From IMG/VR virus record IMGVR_UViG_3300014911_000574, positions 1 to 19,963 of that record: a stretch of DNA of 19,963 nucleotides; one strand, 5' to 3'. The notes below the pieces were generated by a model that did no database searches, had not been told where the DNA came from, and worked only from the letters and a program-made list of their open reading frames with translations. The position numbers and the translations under genes are program-made. Shown piece after piece: positions 9,201 through 16,668 of this stretch (the stretch's first letter is position 1; each line of letters begins with the position of its first letter).

Positions 9201-10709
9201 CATTGAAGTAAATGTTTGAAGTCCTGTGAAAAACCACTTTCCAATGTTCATAAAGAAGTCATAAACTTGCTTTCCCAATGCTAAGAACGATTCAACAATC
9301 ATTCTCGGAAGATTACTTACCATTCTAGGTAAGTCCTGTGTAAGCCACTTCCATGTATTTTGCAGTGTTTCCCAAATTTTTAACAATGGATTGATGAATC
9401 CTTCCAAGAACTTACCTATGACTTGCAATTGCTGGTATACACCTTCAATTGACTTTTTAATGAACTCACCAAGCCCTATAATAGAATCGATAATCCATCT
9501 TCCAAACTCACTTATCATTGTTGGAAATTGAGCTATCGTTCTTGCTAAATTCTCGAAAAACCTCTTTATCGTTTCAAATCCTGCAGTTATTGTTTGTGCT
9601 ATTTGTGTAAAGAATGCTTGTATTCCTTGGAATGCAGATGTTATAGCATTGATAATACTTTGAAATGCAGATGACAAGGCTTGATGTAACTGAGCAAATA
9701 ATGTAGATAATGTTCTACCAATATTTTCAAAGAACGTTACAACTTGACTAAAGAATCCTTGTATGGAAGCTACAACATTTTGAAATGCAGTACTAATAAA
9801 TTGCTGGATTTGAGTAAAGAATGTCGATAATGTTCTTGCTATATTCTCAAAGAAAGTCATTACTTGACTAAAGAAACCTTGAAGTCCAGTCCAAAGTTGT
9901 TGAAATGCAGATGTTATGAACTGACTAATTTGTGTAAACAATGTAGATATTGTAGTTGCTATGTTTTGGAAGAAAGTCATTATTTGACTTACAATACCTT
10001 GGAAGAAATTCATCACGTTTTGAAATGCAGATGTAATGAATTGTTGAATTTGTGTAAAGAATGACGCTAGATTTCGACCTATCTGTTCAAAGAATGACAC
10101 TACCTGAGCAAATGCATTTTGTATTGAAGCTACAATACCTTGTAGAAAGCTCATTATCCTATTCGCGATCTCACTAAACAATGTTTGTAGTCCTTGAATT
10201 CCCTTTACTATCCAGTCAATGAATGTTCTTACGCCTGAAATTACACTATTGACTATTGTCTGAGCTGTTTGTGTAAGGTAATTGTAAACCGTTTGAAATG
10301 CAGATACTACGGCTTCCTGAATTACAGTACCAATTTGTGCTAAGGCCCTACCTATTTCCTCGAAAAACTTTGGGACTTGTTGTAATACATTCCAAATTTG
10401 ATCTAGAAATCCTGTTATTCCTCGATATACACCATCGATAATAGTTCTAAACGTTGAAACTAGTGAATCCCAACCAGATTTTAGGAAGTCATAAATTTGA
10501 TTTCTTACAGTTGTTATGAAACTCCAAATTTGGTCCCACAACCATGAAAAAGCTTTACTGATCTGTTCCCACAACCATCTAATTAGTTGGCCTAATGGAT
10601 CTGTAATACCTCCTATTTCCCATTGCTTTAGAGTATCAGGAATGAGTTCGAGCTTGAATTCCTCAAGTTTAAACTCAAGGTCTAATACCTTAATCGTTAT
10701 TTGAGACAT
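6213..10709 (-). CDS. Large repeat-rich virion protein (1498 aa); terminal fibre / tape-measure-like
   Basis: N-terminal amphipathic 40-aa repeats, central hydrophobic segment, C-terminal 148-aa repeats; largest gene, next to other structural genes, analogous to the large rudiviral fibre protein. Confidence 0.75.
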   Translation of the reverse strand: MSQITIKVLDLEFKLEEFKLELIPDTLKQWEIGGITDPLGQLIRWLWEQISKAFSWLWDQIWSFITTVRNQIYDFLKSGWDSLVSTFRTIIDGVYRGITGFLDQIWNVLQQVPKFFEEIGRALAQIGTVIQEAVVSAFQTVYNYLTQTAQTIVNSVISGVRTFIDWIVKGIQGLQTLFSEIANRIMSFLQGIVASIQNAFAQVVSFFEQIGRNLASFFTQIQQFITSAFQNVMNFFQGIVSQIMTFFQNIATTISTLFTQISQFITSAFQQLWTGLQGFFSQVMTFFENIARTLSTFFTQIQQFISTAFQNVVASIQGFFSQVVTFFENIGRTLSTLFAQLHQALSSAFQSIINAITSAFQGIQAFFTQIAQTITAGFETIKRFFENLARTIAQFPTMISEFGRWIIDSIIGLGEFIKKSIEGVYQQLQVIGKFLEGFINPLLKIWETLQNTWKWLTQDLPRMVSNLPRMIVESFLALGKQVYDFFMNIGKWFFTGLQTFTSMIYQAFIWIVEQITNLVKTIFKTMLEAFSGIAKSIHEKMRGTSIEEILTAVFDILIRFGFVALNTYMMLDLASITIAGTGVRLDGVKSFVSKVFQFDAIVSGISSAFITAAILTPMQYVINYQYRPRIIDTSTVINAYWRGLIKAEDLDRYFGFHGFGKEQYELIIEASRPIPSYKDLFIMYCKDIIDLNEYIKWFKAQGYSDDFVKKITQHLYFDLRLFDLYRIYDTVFPDPQWLSSKLQIWGFTSEDAKQTIFSILRRPLRDETRRIVYGLIELAEMGLIDPEHIPDYFKKISEASMVEVKYREHLFEGIREHTFKDSIIYLSDYELNAIKEYVKIRRERYIAREKVRALVVALRRGAITKEQFIEEMKKLGYPEELAKFVCEANAPHYELSIGYILSFADYIELPEDYIEAKLTFLGVPEEDKKIIKEVLKIKPLRDERRRMVWALIEMYEQGLITERDLEDQLKALDLRQEEIKLIKEFARIKRTLYLRRITYRALIRLYQRGKITDQEFIDKMREIGIPENLAKLLLDAEAKTYTLSLSALLHYADYVAIPEEFIVKKLDQLGLPDDEKQIVLQVFKIKPLRDERRKTIWALIEAYEKGLLGDEELKSELNALALRPGEIELLMSFAKLSRTLYLRDLTYRTLIRLYQRGKITDEQFINEMRRIGIPEDLAKKILDAEAKTYTLSLSALLHYADYIAIPEEFLLKKLRQLGLPEDEIAIVLKVFKIKPLRDERRRIIGALLEAYEKGILTDDEIKKALEGLALRPEEIELLITFAKISRTLYLRDIIYRALIRMYRRGKITDREFIEGMKKIGVPEDIAKMLLEAEGKAYTLTLGTLLSYADYVPIPEEFIQKKLEQLGLPEDEKKIVKQVFKVRPIRDERERIFYDLVDAYAKGYLTDQTLKDILTKLGYTPVEVELRMLHAKFRRESYVRYLRERTLDLLLEYNLITPEEYKEALKEMGMTDEMIMEKMQYILARKERKRIREYRVRRR
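6400..8420 (-). repeat. Coding tandem repeat, 444-bp (148-aa) period
   Basis: P[LI]RDE[RT] motif codons near 6547, 6991, 7435 and 7879 (444 apart), plus a longer diverged unit near 8410. Confidence 0.85.
9620..10140 (-). repeat. Coding tandem repeat, 120-bp (40-aa) period, ~4 units
   Basis: TGAAATGCAG at 9661, 9781, 9901 and 10021 (exact 120-bp spacing). Confidence 0.85.
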
Positions 10710-10999
10710 TATCTTCTACCTAGAATAGACGATTTAACTTGATTGTAAAAATCAACCACTCTTTTGAACTCCTTTTTAAGATCAGTATCAGAGCTTACAA
10801 ACAAATGAGCGACTGGACTAACGTAATCACCATCTATGATACGATAAGCTATCATGTAGGCCTTACCAGATGGGAACTGAGGGACTTCCGCAACTTCTAC
10901 AATTTCTATCGTTATACTTCCCTCATAATGCTTGTATCCTGCATTTATTTCTCTAGGATATAATGGTCTTTCACTTCTAGATGAACTTCTAGATGACAT
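10709..10999 (-). CDS. Hypothetical protein (96 aa), first gene of the structural operon
   Basis: Stop overlaps the start of the 1498-aa gene; purine-rich GAGTGGGA upstream. Confidence 0.75.
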   Translation of the reverse strand: MSSRSSSRSERPLYPREINAGYKHYEGSITIEIVEVAEVPQFPSGKAYMIAYRIIDGDYVSPVAHLFVSSDTDLKKEFKRVVDFYNQVKSSILGRR

Positions 11000-11063
11000 G
11001 ATCCCACTCTTTTGCTCACGTACTCAGAAGTTTTTATGTTCTTCTCTTTCCTTGAAAAACCCC

Positions 11064-11094
11064 TTAGTGTCCATGCTAGAGCTTGAGACACTAA
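11064..11094. promoter_or_regulatory. TTAGTGTC-N15-GACACTAA inverted repeat (copy 1)
   Basis: Same arms and same spacer length recur at 16620-16650. Confidence 0.7.
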
Positions 11095-11123
11095 ATAAGC
11101 GAGAACAAAAGAAATAGCAAGAC

Positions 11124-11279
11124 ATGAAGCTTATGGTAATCGTCAAAAAACGTAAAATAACTGAAAAGAGAATAGACCTGGTGTATTTACCAGGAACTAC
11201 AGTTAAAATAAAAATGTACAATCGTCGAATATATTTAACAGGACCTATTCATTACAATCAACCTCACAATTTAAAATAG
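11124..11279 (+). CDS. Small basic protein (51 aa), absent from the ORF track
   Basis: Manual translation MKLMVIVKKRKITEKRIDLVYLPGTTVKIKMYNRRIYLTGPIHYNQPHNLK; TATA-like CTAAATAA ~30 nt upstream. Confidence 0.4.
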   Translation: MKLMVIVKKRKITEKRIDLVYLPGTTVKIKMYNRRIYLTGPIHYNQPHNLK

Positions 11280-11425
11280 AAAGAAATACTTTCTATAATA
11301 TTTAATAGGTATTAATACTAGTTTACATTAAGAGAAAGACCGTACTTTCCAGAGTCCCAAGCACTTTCTGTAAAATAAATTCAGAAAAACAATGGAAAAA
11401 ATTGAGATTAAAAAGACTTTTTATT

Positions 11426-11641
11426 TTAAAACCTAAAGAGCCCTTGTCTCAATAACTTCCTAACTTCTTTAGCAAGTTCTCTCGCGTATTGATAAAAGAC
11501 ACAATTACAATTATGATCAAGAACTTCAAGACTCATTGAAATTACAATCCTCATAATATTGTTCATGATGTTACTTAGTTCTTGTTGTGTCATTGTTGGT
11601 TCTTGAGGTTTTTGTTCTGGTTTTATTTGTACCTCACTCAT
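11426..11641 (-). CDS. Hypothetical protein (71 aa)
   Basis: 4-nt overlap with the upstream gene; SD GGTGA. Confidence 0.7.
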   Translation of the reverse strand: MSEVQIKPEQKPQEPTMTQQELSNIMNNIMRIVISMSLEVLDHNCNCVFYQYARELAKEVRKLLRQGLFRF

Positions 11642-12717
11642 TTAATCACCATGTACTTTATCATTTCTACGATCTTTAAGAGGATTTCTCTATTTAGGCC
11701 TAGTCGCTCATACTTCATGACAATATCATCAACCTCAAGCTTACCCTTGTACCTTGCTCTATACGATAACTCTAGAGCAAATGCTATGTACGATTGAACT
11801 TGTATTGATGGAACGCCATATTGATTAACAATCTTCTTTACTTGTCTAATTATGTTAGCCTGATGAAGTTGGTGTTTAGTTCCTTGGTAATGCAATTGCT
11901 CTGATCGTGAAAGTAAGAGATATCCAGTGTACAACGGTTCTACATGCTTCCAAAAGTCCTTGATTGTATTGTCTAGAAAGTCCTCAAGCTCTGGTTTTAT
12001 CTCAGCATCAACGTCAATCCATCGTGAGTAGTCCCACGACGTTACTTCCCACCACGACTCTCCAACGAATATAGACTCAAGTTTCGATACTGTCTTCCAA
12101 TCTTCTATCGATCTAGCATCAAATACTGAATATTGTTCGATTTCTTCAGTCCATGCTGAAACATCCCAACACGCTACCCCCCAGTAACCAGACTTCAAAA
12201 CTTTCCCTTCAGTTAAAGAGATGATCGACTCGATCGTATTGAGGTAATGCTCTGCAAATTCATGTCTTCTCAATTGCTCTCTCACAAGAAAGATGTATTG
12301 TTTCAAAGTACTTGCATGGTGTCTATACTCTAGAGCATCATGTTTTGTAGTGTGGTATGTCAAATCCCAAATCAATTGCTCGAGATCCGTAGGTGTTATT
12401 GTCGGGGGGTCGTATATTGAAGTGTCATACCTTGACATTCCATACCTTGCTTTTTCAATCTTTTCGAATGGAATAGTAAATTGATCTCTAAAATCGATTT
12501 TAAAGAATGTAAATTCTATCGATGGTAAGTGTGCTAGTAAGTTCAAGTTAAGATCAAGTACAAACCTAAAAAGTACATTATATGATATCAACCATTGAAT
12601 TAATTCCTGCAATGCAGTAAATCTATAGTATGTCGATAAGATACCTCTAAATGTCGTACACTTTTCAAGGTAAATTAGCTTTCTCCAAATTAGCTCTTTA
12701 AATGGTAGGTATGACAT
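11638..12717 (-). CDS. Minor virion protein with C-terminal MCP-like domain
   Basis: C-terminal VKKIVNQYGVPSIQVQSYIAFALEL...KYERLGLNREILLKI aligns to the MCP; aromatic x4 repeats YGMSRYDTSIYD, WGVACWDVSAW, WEVTSWDYSRW. Confidence 0.75.
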   Translation of the reverse strand: MSYLPFKELIWRKLIYLEKCTTFRGILSTYYRFTALQELIQWLISYNVLFRFVLDLNLNLLAHLPSIEFTFFKIDFRDQFTIPFEKIEKARYGMSRYDTSIYDPPTITPTDLEQLIWDLTYHTTKHDALEYRHHASTLKQYIFLVREQLRRHEFAEHYLNTIESIISLTEGKVLKSGYWGVACWDVSAWTEEIEQYSVFDARSIEDWKTVSKLESIFVGESWWEVTSWDYSRWIDVDAEIKPELEDFLDNTIKDFWKHVEPLYTGYLLLSRSEQLHYQGTKHQLHQANIIRQVKKIVNQYGVPSIQVQSYIAFALELSYRARYKGKLEVDDIVMKYERLGLNREILLKIVEMIKYMVIK

Positions 12718-12718
12718 A

Positions 12719-13780
12719 TTACCATCTACATTTTTCTATGAATTTCTTATAGACTTTCTTGTAATCAAAGTTAAGCGCAGTATTGTATGCCTCGATACAC
12801 ATGTTCATGTAAAGATCCTTATTGTTCTTTCTAATATCGATTGCTCTTAACATTGCATTTGCAAGTTCCTCAGGATCGTATAAATGCATGACAAAGTACT
12901 GTTCTGCAGTTGTCTTCCAATACTCGATATGATCATATTCAAAGTAAATAGCGCATTTTTCATTTGTAAACTCGATTAGAGGTTTCATTTTACAACATAC
13001 TACTGGTCTTCCCATTGCTAAAGTCTCGAGAACTGGAAGTCCAAAGCCCTCGCATGCAGATGGAAAGACGAGGTAATCACATGCTCCTAATAGTCCAAGA
13101 ACTTCCTCATGACTTCTTGATCCAAAGTCTCCAACGATGTAAACATTAGGTCTTTTGAATAGTTCTTGTCTTCTCAATTCAGTATGTAGGAGCAAGACAA
13201 AATCATTAGGGGCTTTTTCATTCAAGATGTCAATAGCTTGCATTAGACGATCAAGTTGTTTTCGATGATCATCACGACCAACATAAACGAAAATAACACG
13301 ATCCTTGAAGTCTTGTCTTAACTTTTTCTGGTATTTCTCTGCAAGTTTCTTTGCTCTTTCAACTTCCTCAAAATCGATAGCATGGTGTATAACATCGATT
13401 ACCCTGAGATTTGCTTTTTCAAGACATTCTTTTGTAAAGTATGAATTTGCGATAAAGTCGATGTACTTTGTTGCATGCCATCTTGCTAAATGAGGATATG
13501 GAATACCCTCGATGGTCGCATAAACAAAAGCTCGATTTCTAGTAGATTGTTTAGCCTCGATAAAAACTGGAGCTATGTCGATCAACCATGTTGGATTAGC
13601 AATTACAAACCATAGATATGCATTACCTAGTTTTTGAATTACATCAAATAATGAGATGTATGGTTTTACCAGAACTTCATGACCATGATTTATAAAACAT
13701 TTTTCAATCAACTTAGCTTGTTCATAAAGTGAAACGGCCCTAAAGTATGTCAAGACAAGTCTCATGATAAAACACCTCAA
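12719..13780 (-). CDS. GT-B (GT4-like) glycosyltransferase
   Basis: IANSYFT, YVGR..HRK, FPSACEGFGLPVLETLAMGRPVV. Confidence 0.92.
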   Translation of the reverse strand: MRCFIMRLVLTYFRAVSLYEQAKLIEKCFINHGHEVLVKPYISLFDVIQKLGNAYLWFVIANPTWLIDIAPVFIEAKQSTRNRAFVYATIEGIPYPHLARWHATKYIDFIANSYFTKECLEKANLRVIDVIHHAIDFEEVERAKKLAEKYQKKLRQDFKDRVIFVYVGRDDHRKQLDRLMQAIDILNEKAPNDFVLLLHTELRRQELFKRPNVYIVGDFGSRSHEEVLGLLGACDYLVFPSACEGFGLPVLETLAMGRPVVCCKMKPLIEFTNEKCAIYFEYDHIEYWKTTAEQYFVMHLYDPEELANAMLRAIDIRKNNKDLYMNMCIEAYNTALNFDYKKVYKKFIEKCRW

Positions 13781-14079
13781 TCAAGTATGACTTCGATATA
13801 CAGTTTTGGATTTTTAGCGTGAGGATCTATTTCAATTCGATATTTGTATCCTTGCAATCTAAATTGAGCATAACGAGAAATGGCTTGTAATTGTCTTACT
13901 ACATCTTGTTTCGCAATTTCTTTATCAGTTAATACCTCAATTTCAGTCCCATTAGATAACCTAATTATGTTTCCTTTCACTTCAACGACTTTTAATCCTT
14001 CTTTTTCCTCATGTTTTTCTTCCTCTTTCATTTCTTCAACATTATTTTCAGATCTTATTTCGATATCCGAATACGTCAT
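13777..14079 (-). CDS. Hypothetical protein (100 aa); start reassigned to 14079
   Basis: SD GTGAGGGGA just upstream of ATG 14079; the longer ORF-track start would overlap the MCP gene and its promoter. Confidence 0.7.
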   Translation of the reverse strand: MTYSDIEIRSENNVEEMKEEEKHEEKEGLKVVEVKGNIIRLSNGTEIEVLTDKEIAKQDVVRQLQAISRYAQFRLQGYKYRIEIDPHAKNPKLYIEVILD

Positions 14080-14151
14080 GGAAAGTCCCCTCACAAAAAA
14101 TGAGATATAGTGAGTTACTATATATGTCATATTGTCTCTATATTTCACATG

Positions 14152-14159
14152 TTTATATA
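14152..14159 (+). promoter_or_regulatory. TATA box of the MCP gene
   Basis: TTTATATA ~37 nt upstream of ATG 14196; no SD, so the leader is short or absent. Confidence 0.5.
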
Positions 14160-14195
14160 CATTGTTCTTTTTCATGTTATTCTCGGGTCTAGCGT

Positions 14196-14564
14196 ATGCC
14201 ATATAGATCCTACACAATAAGAATCAAGAAATGGAGTTCAAAGTTCGATCCTGATACAGTACGTAACAGATTTGCTCAAGTAAAAGACATTGCAAATGAT
14301 CAAGCTCAAGAACAATTTGCAAGACTAGTAGACTTTGAACAGGCCGTTAAGCATAGACTTAATGAACTTGGAGTTCCAGTAATTCAAATGCCATTTTACC
14401 TAAACGTTGCTCGACAAATCTATAGAGCAATGACAAGACACACAGGAAAGACATTAGAAACTGAAGTCAAGGTTATTAAAGCAACATGGACTGCAAGAGG
14501 ACTAGACCCTGCAATCATCGATGAAATCATCAAGTTAATGATCGGTTACGTCCCAACATATTAA
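14196..14564 (+). CDS. Major capsid protein, SIRV2-type (Adnaviria) fold
   Basis: RSYTIRIKKWSSKF resembles SIRV2 MCP RSYSQRYAKWQAKF; LNELGV...FY.NVARQIYR and GLDPAIIDEI match the helical bundle; monocistronic with a poly-T terminator. Confidence 0.88.
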   Translation: MPYRSYTIRIKKWSSKFDPDTVRNRFAQVKDIANDQAQEQFARLVDFEQAVKHRLNELGVPVIQMPFYLNVARQIYRAMTRHTGKTLETEVKVIKATWTARGLDPAIIDEIIKLMIGYVPTY

Positions 14565-14606
14565 AGGGCCTAACATAGCTTGACGTAAAGCCCAATTAAA
14601 CTCATT

Positions 14607-14621
14607 CCTTTTTTCTTTTTC
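14607..14621 (+). terminator. Archaeal oligo-T terminator after the MCP gene
   Basis: CCTTTTTTCTTTTTT ~45 nt after the stop. Confidence 0.6.
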
Positions 14622-14823
14622 AAACCCATGAACTTACACTAATACATATTATATTCTATATTATTTTTTCAGGATTGAATTCTCTTTTCACTTATTTTAA
14701 AATTTGTATTTTACATTTAAAATAACTTCATCACCTCACGAAACACTAGCATGAACGCTACAGTTTGCGAAAGGTAACTTAAATTAACTGTGTCAGTAAT
14801 GACAGTGGCGATGGTAGGTAATG

Positions 14824-14839
14824 GAGAAAAGTTTATAAA
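14824..14839 (+). promoter_or_regulatory. BRE + TATA promoter
   Basis: GAGAAAAG-TTTATAAA ~35 nt upstream of ATG 14875. Confidence 0.65.
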
Positions 14840-14874
14840 TTTGGTAACGCGTATCTCTTTTGGGGAACGCGCCC

Positions 14875-15432
14875 ATGAGAAAGAAAGTAAACCTAAATTC
14901 CTCCTATGAAATGACACCTAGAAAAGCCCGATTACTTATTTTAACTCACACAGTTAAAATAACTAGTCAAGATAATGTTAAGTCTTCTACGAAAAGAAAA
15001 AGAAAATGGGTTTTAGTTCAAGAAACTTTAGAGGAAGCTCAAGAATTGTTTAAAGTTCAATTTGAAAAGATTGCAGATGGAGTTTACATAACAAAACAAA
15101 GACATTATGTTGGAAAATTAAGACAATTAGCTAATTTCTTACAAACAAAATTACCAAATGTAACAATATTCTTTGTAAAACAAGTAAAACCAACTACTGT
15201 TGGATTCTTTGAAGAAAAGGAAGAAAGACAAATAACAAGGAAGTTAATGTTTGAAGGTAAAGAAATTGATGAGAGTGTCATTAAGCAATGGATTAGAGAA
15301 ATTTACAATGATTTTGACTTTGCTTTAAAGAAATATGGAAAGGAAAGAGGATTATGGAAATCTGTAGGATCTGGTAGAGCCGAAAAGATCTACTTAATCA
15401 TGAAATGGTTAATTGAGTACATGGGCTTATAG
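14875..15432 (+). CDS. Basic hypothetical protein (~185 aa); start uncertain (14860/14875/14911)
   Basis: Long Lys/Arg-rich ORF downstream of a strong promoter. Confidence 0.7.
   Translation: MRKKVNLNSSYEMTPRKARLLILTHTVKITSQDNVKSSTKRKRKWVLVQETLEEAQELFKVQFEKIADGVYITKQRHYVGKLRQLANFLQTKLPNVTIFFVKQVKPTTVGFFEEKEERQITRKLMFEGKEIDESVIKQWIREIYNDFDFALKKYGKERGLWKSVGSGRAEKIYLIMKWLIEYMGL
14936..14962. repeat. Palindrome TTATTTTAACT-CACAC-AGTTAAAATAA built from an ITR word
   Basis: 11-bp perfect arms; 14948-14963 is identical to ITR 75-90 (16 nt). Confidence 0.75.
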
Positions 15433-15443
15433 CGATTCCATAG

Positions 15444-15836
15444 GTGATGGATATTCCAAGGTTTAAACGTCAAGCTAAGTACAAGGTAATAAGTGATGAC
15501 AATTTCTGGTTAGAGGATTTAAAGACCATGAACGAAAAGACCATTAAGATTGTAACATTAGCTAAAGTTCCCATCGAGTTTGAAGCTAAGGTGATTGCAG
15601 TCGGGATTTGTGATTTTGGGTCGATGTTCATTTACTTTATGATGAAGAAAGACAATGAAATCATTATGTTCAAATGCTACTACCCAAGAAATGTTGTCGA
15701 ACAAGTCATGAAAGACTTAAACTATGATTCAATAGAGCGTTTTTACGAATGGATAGGAAAGACTATGAAATTCAGAAGAAGACCATATGTTGGATCTCAA
15801 GGTTGTAGGTATTACCCAATCCCAATTTCAAGCTAG
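15444..15836 (+). CDS. Hypothetical protein (130 aa), possibly OB-fold nucleic-acid binding
   Basis: Beta-beta-beta-helix-EWIGKTMKF-beta pattern; the fold is a guess. Confidence 0.65.
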   Translation: MMDIPRFKRQAKYKVISDDNFWLEDLKTMNEKTIKIVTLAKVPIEFEAKVIAVGICDFGSMFIYFMMKKDNEIIMFKCYYPRNVVEQVMKDLNYDSIERFYEWIGKTMKFRRRPYVGSQGCRYYPIPISS

Positions 15837-16172
15837 CATTTTTCTTAGGTCTTTTATAAACTTCATTCTATCCCTTGTAATCCTTATTATTTCCCTTGCT
15901 TGATTCATCATTTCTTTTGCAAAGACAATATCATCACTTTCAAGTCTTTTAATTGCAACATCGATTAGTGATATTGCTCTGTCTAGGTTCATGATCAATT
16001 CATCTATCATTGTATGACGTTTTATCGTCATTATCTTTTTTGCTTTCCATAGGGCCTTGTATATTGTCGATCTTGAACATTTCAATTCTTGCATTATAAG
16101 AGCAATGGAATAACCCTTCTGGTAAAGTTCAACGATTTTTTGCTCTAACTCCGTAAGTCTTACCTCTCTCAT
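15828..16172 (-). CDS. HTH DNA-binding protein with C-terminal coiled coil
   Basis: LTELEQKIVELYQKGYSIALIMQELKCSRSTIYKAL. Confidence 0.8.
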   Translation of the reverse strand: MREVRLTELEQKIVELYQKGYSIALIMQELKCSRSTIYKALWKAKKIMTIKRHTMIDELIMNLDRAISLIDVAIKRLESDDIVFAKEMMNQAREIIRITRDRMKFIKDLRKMLA

Positions 16173-16518
16173 GTTTTTTCACCATTTCTAAACAATATTT
16201 ATAGAATACACACTTTTCATTGCAAAGACCATTCTTCCTAAGCTCACAAACATCGTATAGAAGCTTGAGGATATCAAAAAGTCTCTTTCTAGCCCATGCT
16301 TTTTCCCTCTTTAAATCTCTAAACTTGTCTTCATACAACTTATGAGCTAGAGGTCTCAAATCCTCTCTTACCCTCGATATATAATCTTGAAACTCGATGT
16401 GTAATTGTCTTTCCTTTTCCTTCAATTCCTGAAGTAACTTCAATTCTTTCAAGGCCTCTCTAAAGTAGTACTCAAATGGGTTTTTCAAAATGTCATATAT
16501 CCTACTTTCCATAGACAT
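16129..16518 (-). CDS. Coiled-coil protein with Cys cluster (possible metal binding)
   Basis: Charged helical body; C-x6-C-x3-C-x4-C. Confidence 0.7.
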   Translation of the reverse strand: MSMESRIYDILKNPFEYYFREALKELKLLQELKEKERQLHIEFQDYISRVREDLRPLAHKLYEDKFRDLKREKAWARKRLFDILKLLYDVCELRKNGLCNEKCVFYKYCLEMVKKHERGKTYGVRAKNR

Positions 16519-16569
16519 ATTTTATCTGTAGAAAGACCGTTCATTACCTTGTATTTAAGTGTAATGTCT

Positions 16570-16583
16570 TGTTTACGTAAACA
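16570..16583. promoter_or_regulatory. Perfect 14-bp palindrome TGTTTACGTAAACA
   Basis: In the divergent intergenic region 16519-16668. Confidence 0.5.
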
Positions 16584-16619
16584 CACAATGAAAGATCGCT
16601 TTTTCCATACAATCATCGT

Positions 16620-16650
16620 TTAGTGTCGCAGCCTATAAACCAGACACTAA
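16620..16650. promoter_or_regulatory. TTAGTGTC-N15-GACACTAA inverted repeat (copy 2) bracketing a TATA box
   Basis: Spacer contains CTATAAAC ~30 nt upstream of ATG 16669. Confidence 0.7.
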
Positions 16651-16668
16651 ATAGTAAAAAATGGGAGT

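Noticed and set aside
9620-10140. 120-bp periodic repeat considered as CRISPR or non-coding array
   Set aside because: In-frame, degenerate at synonymous positions, and fully explained by the protein repeat
6014-13493. Many 60-75-aa plus-strand ORFs (6014, 6268, 7216, 9037, 9864, 10516, 10739, 10932, 11582, 12293, 13305)
   Set aside because: Antisense shadows of long, well-supported minus-strand genes
14080-14217. N-terminal extension of the 146-aa ORF
   Set aside because: Overlaps the MCP start and divergent promoters; the SD supports ATG 14079
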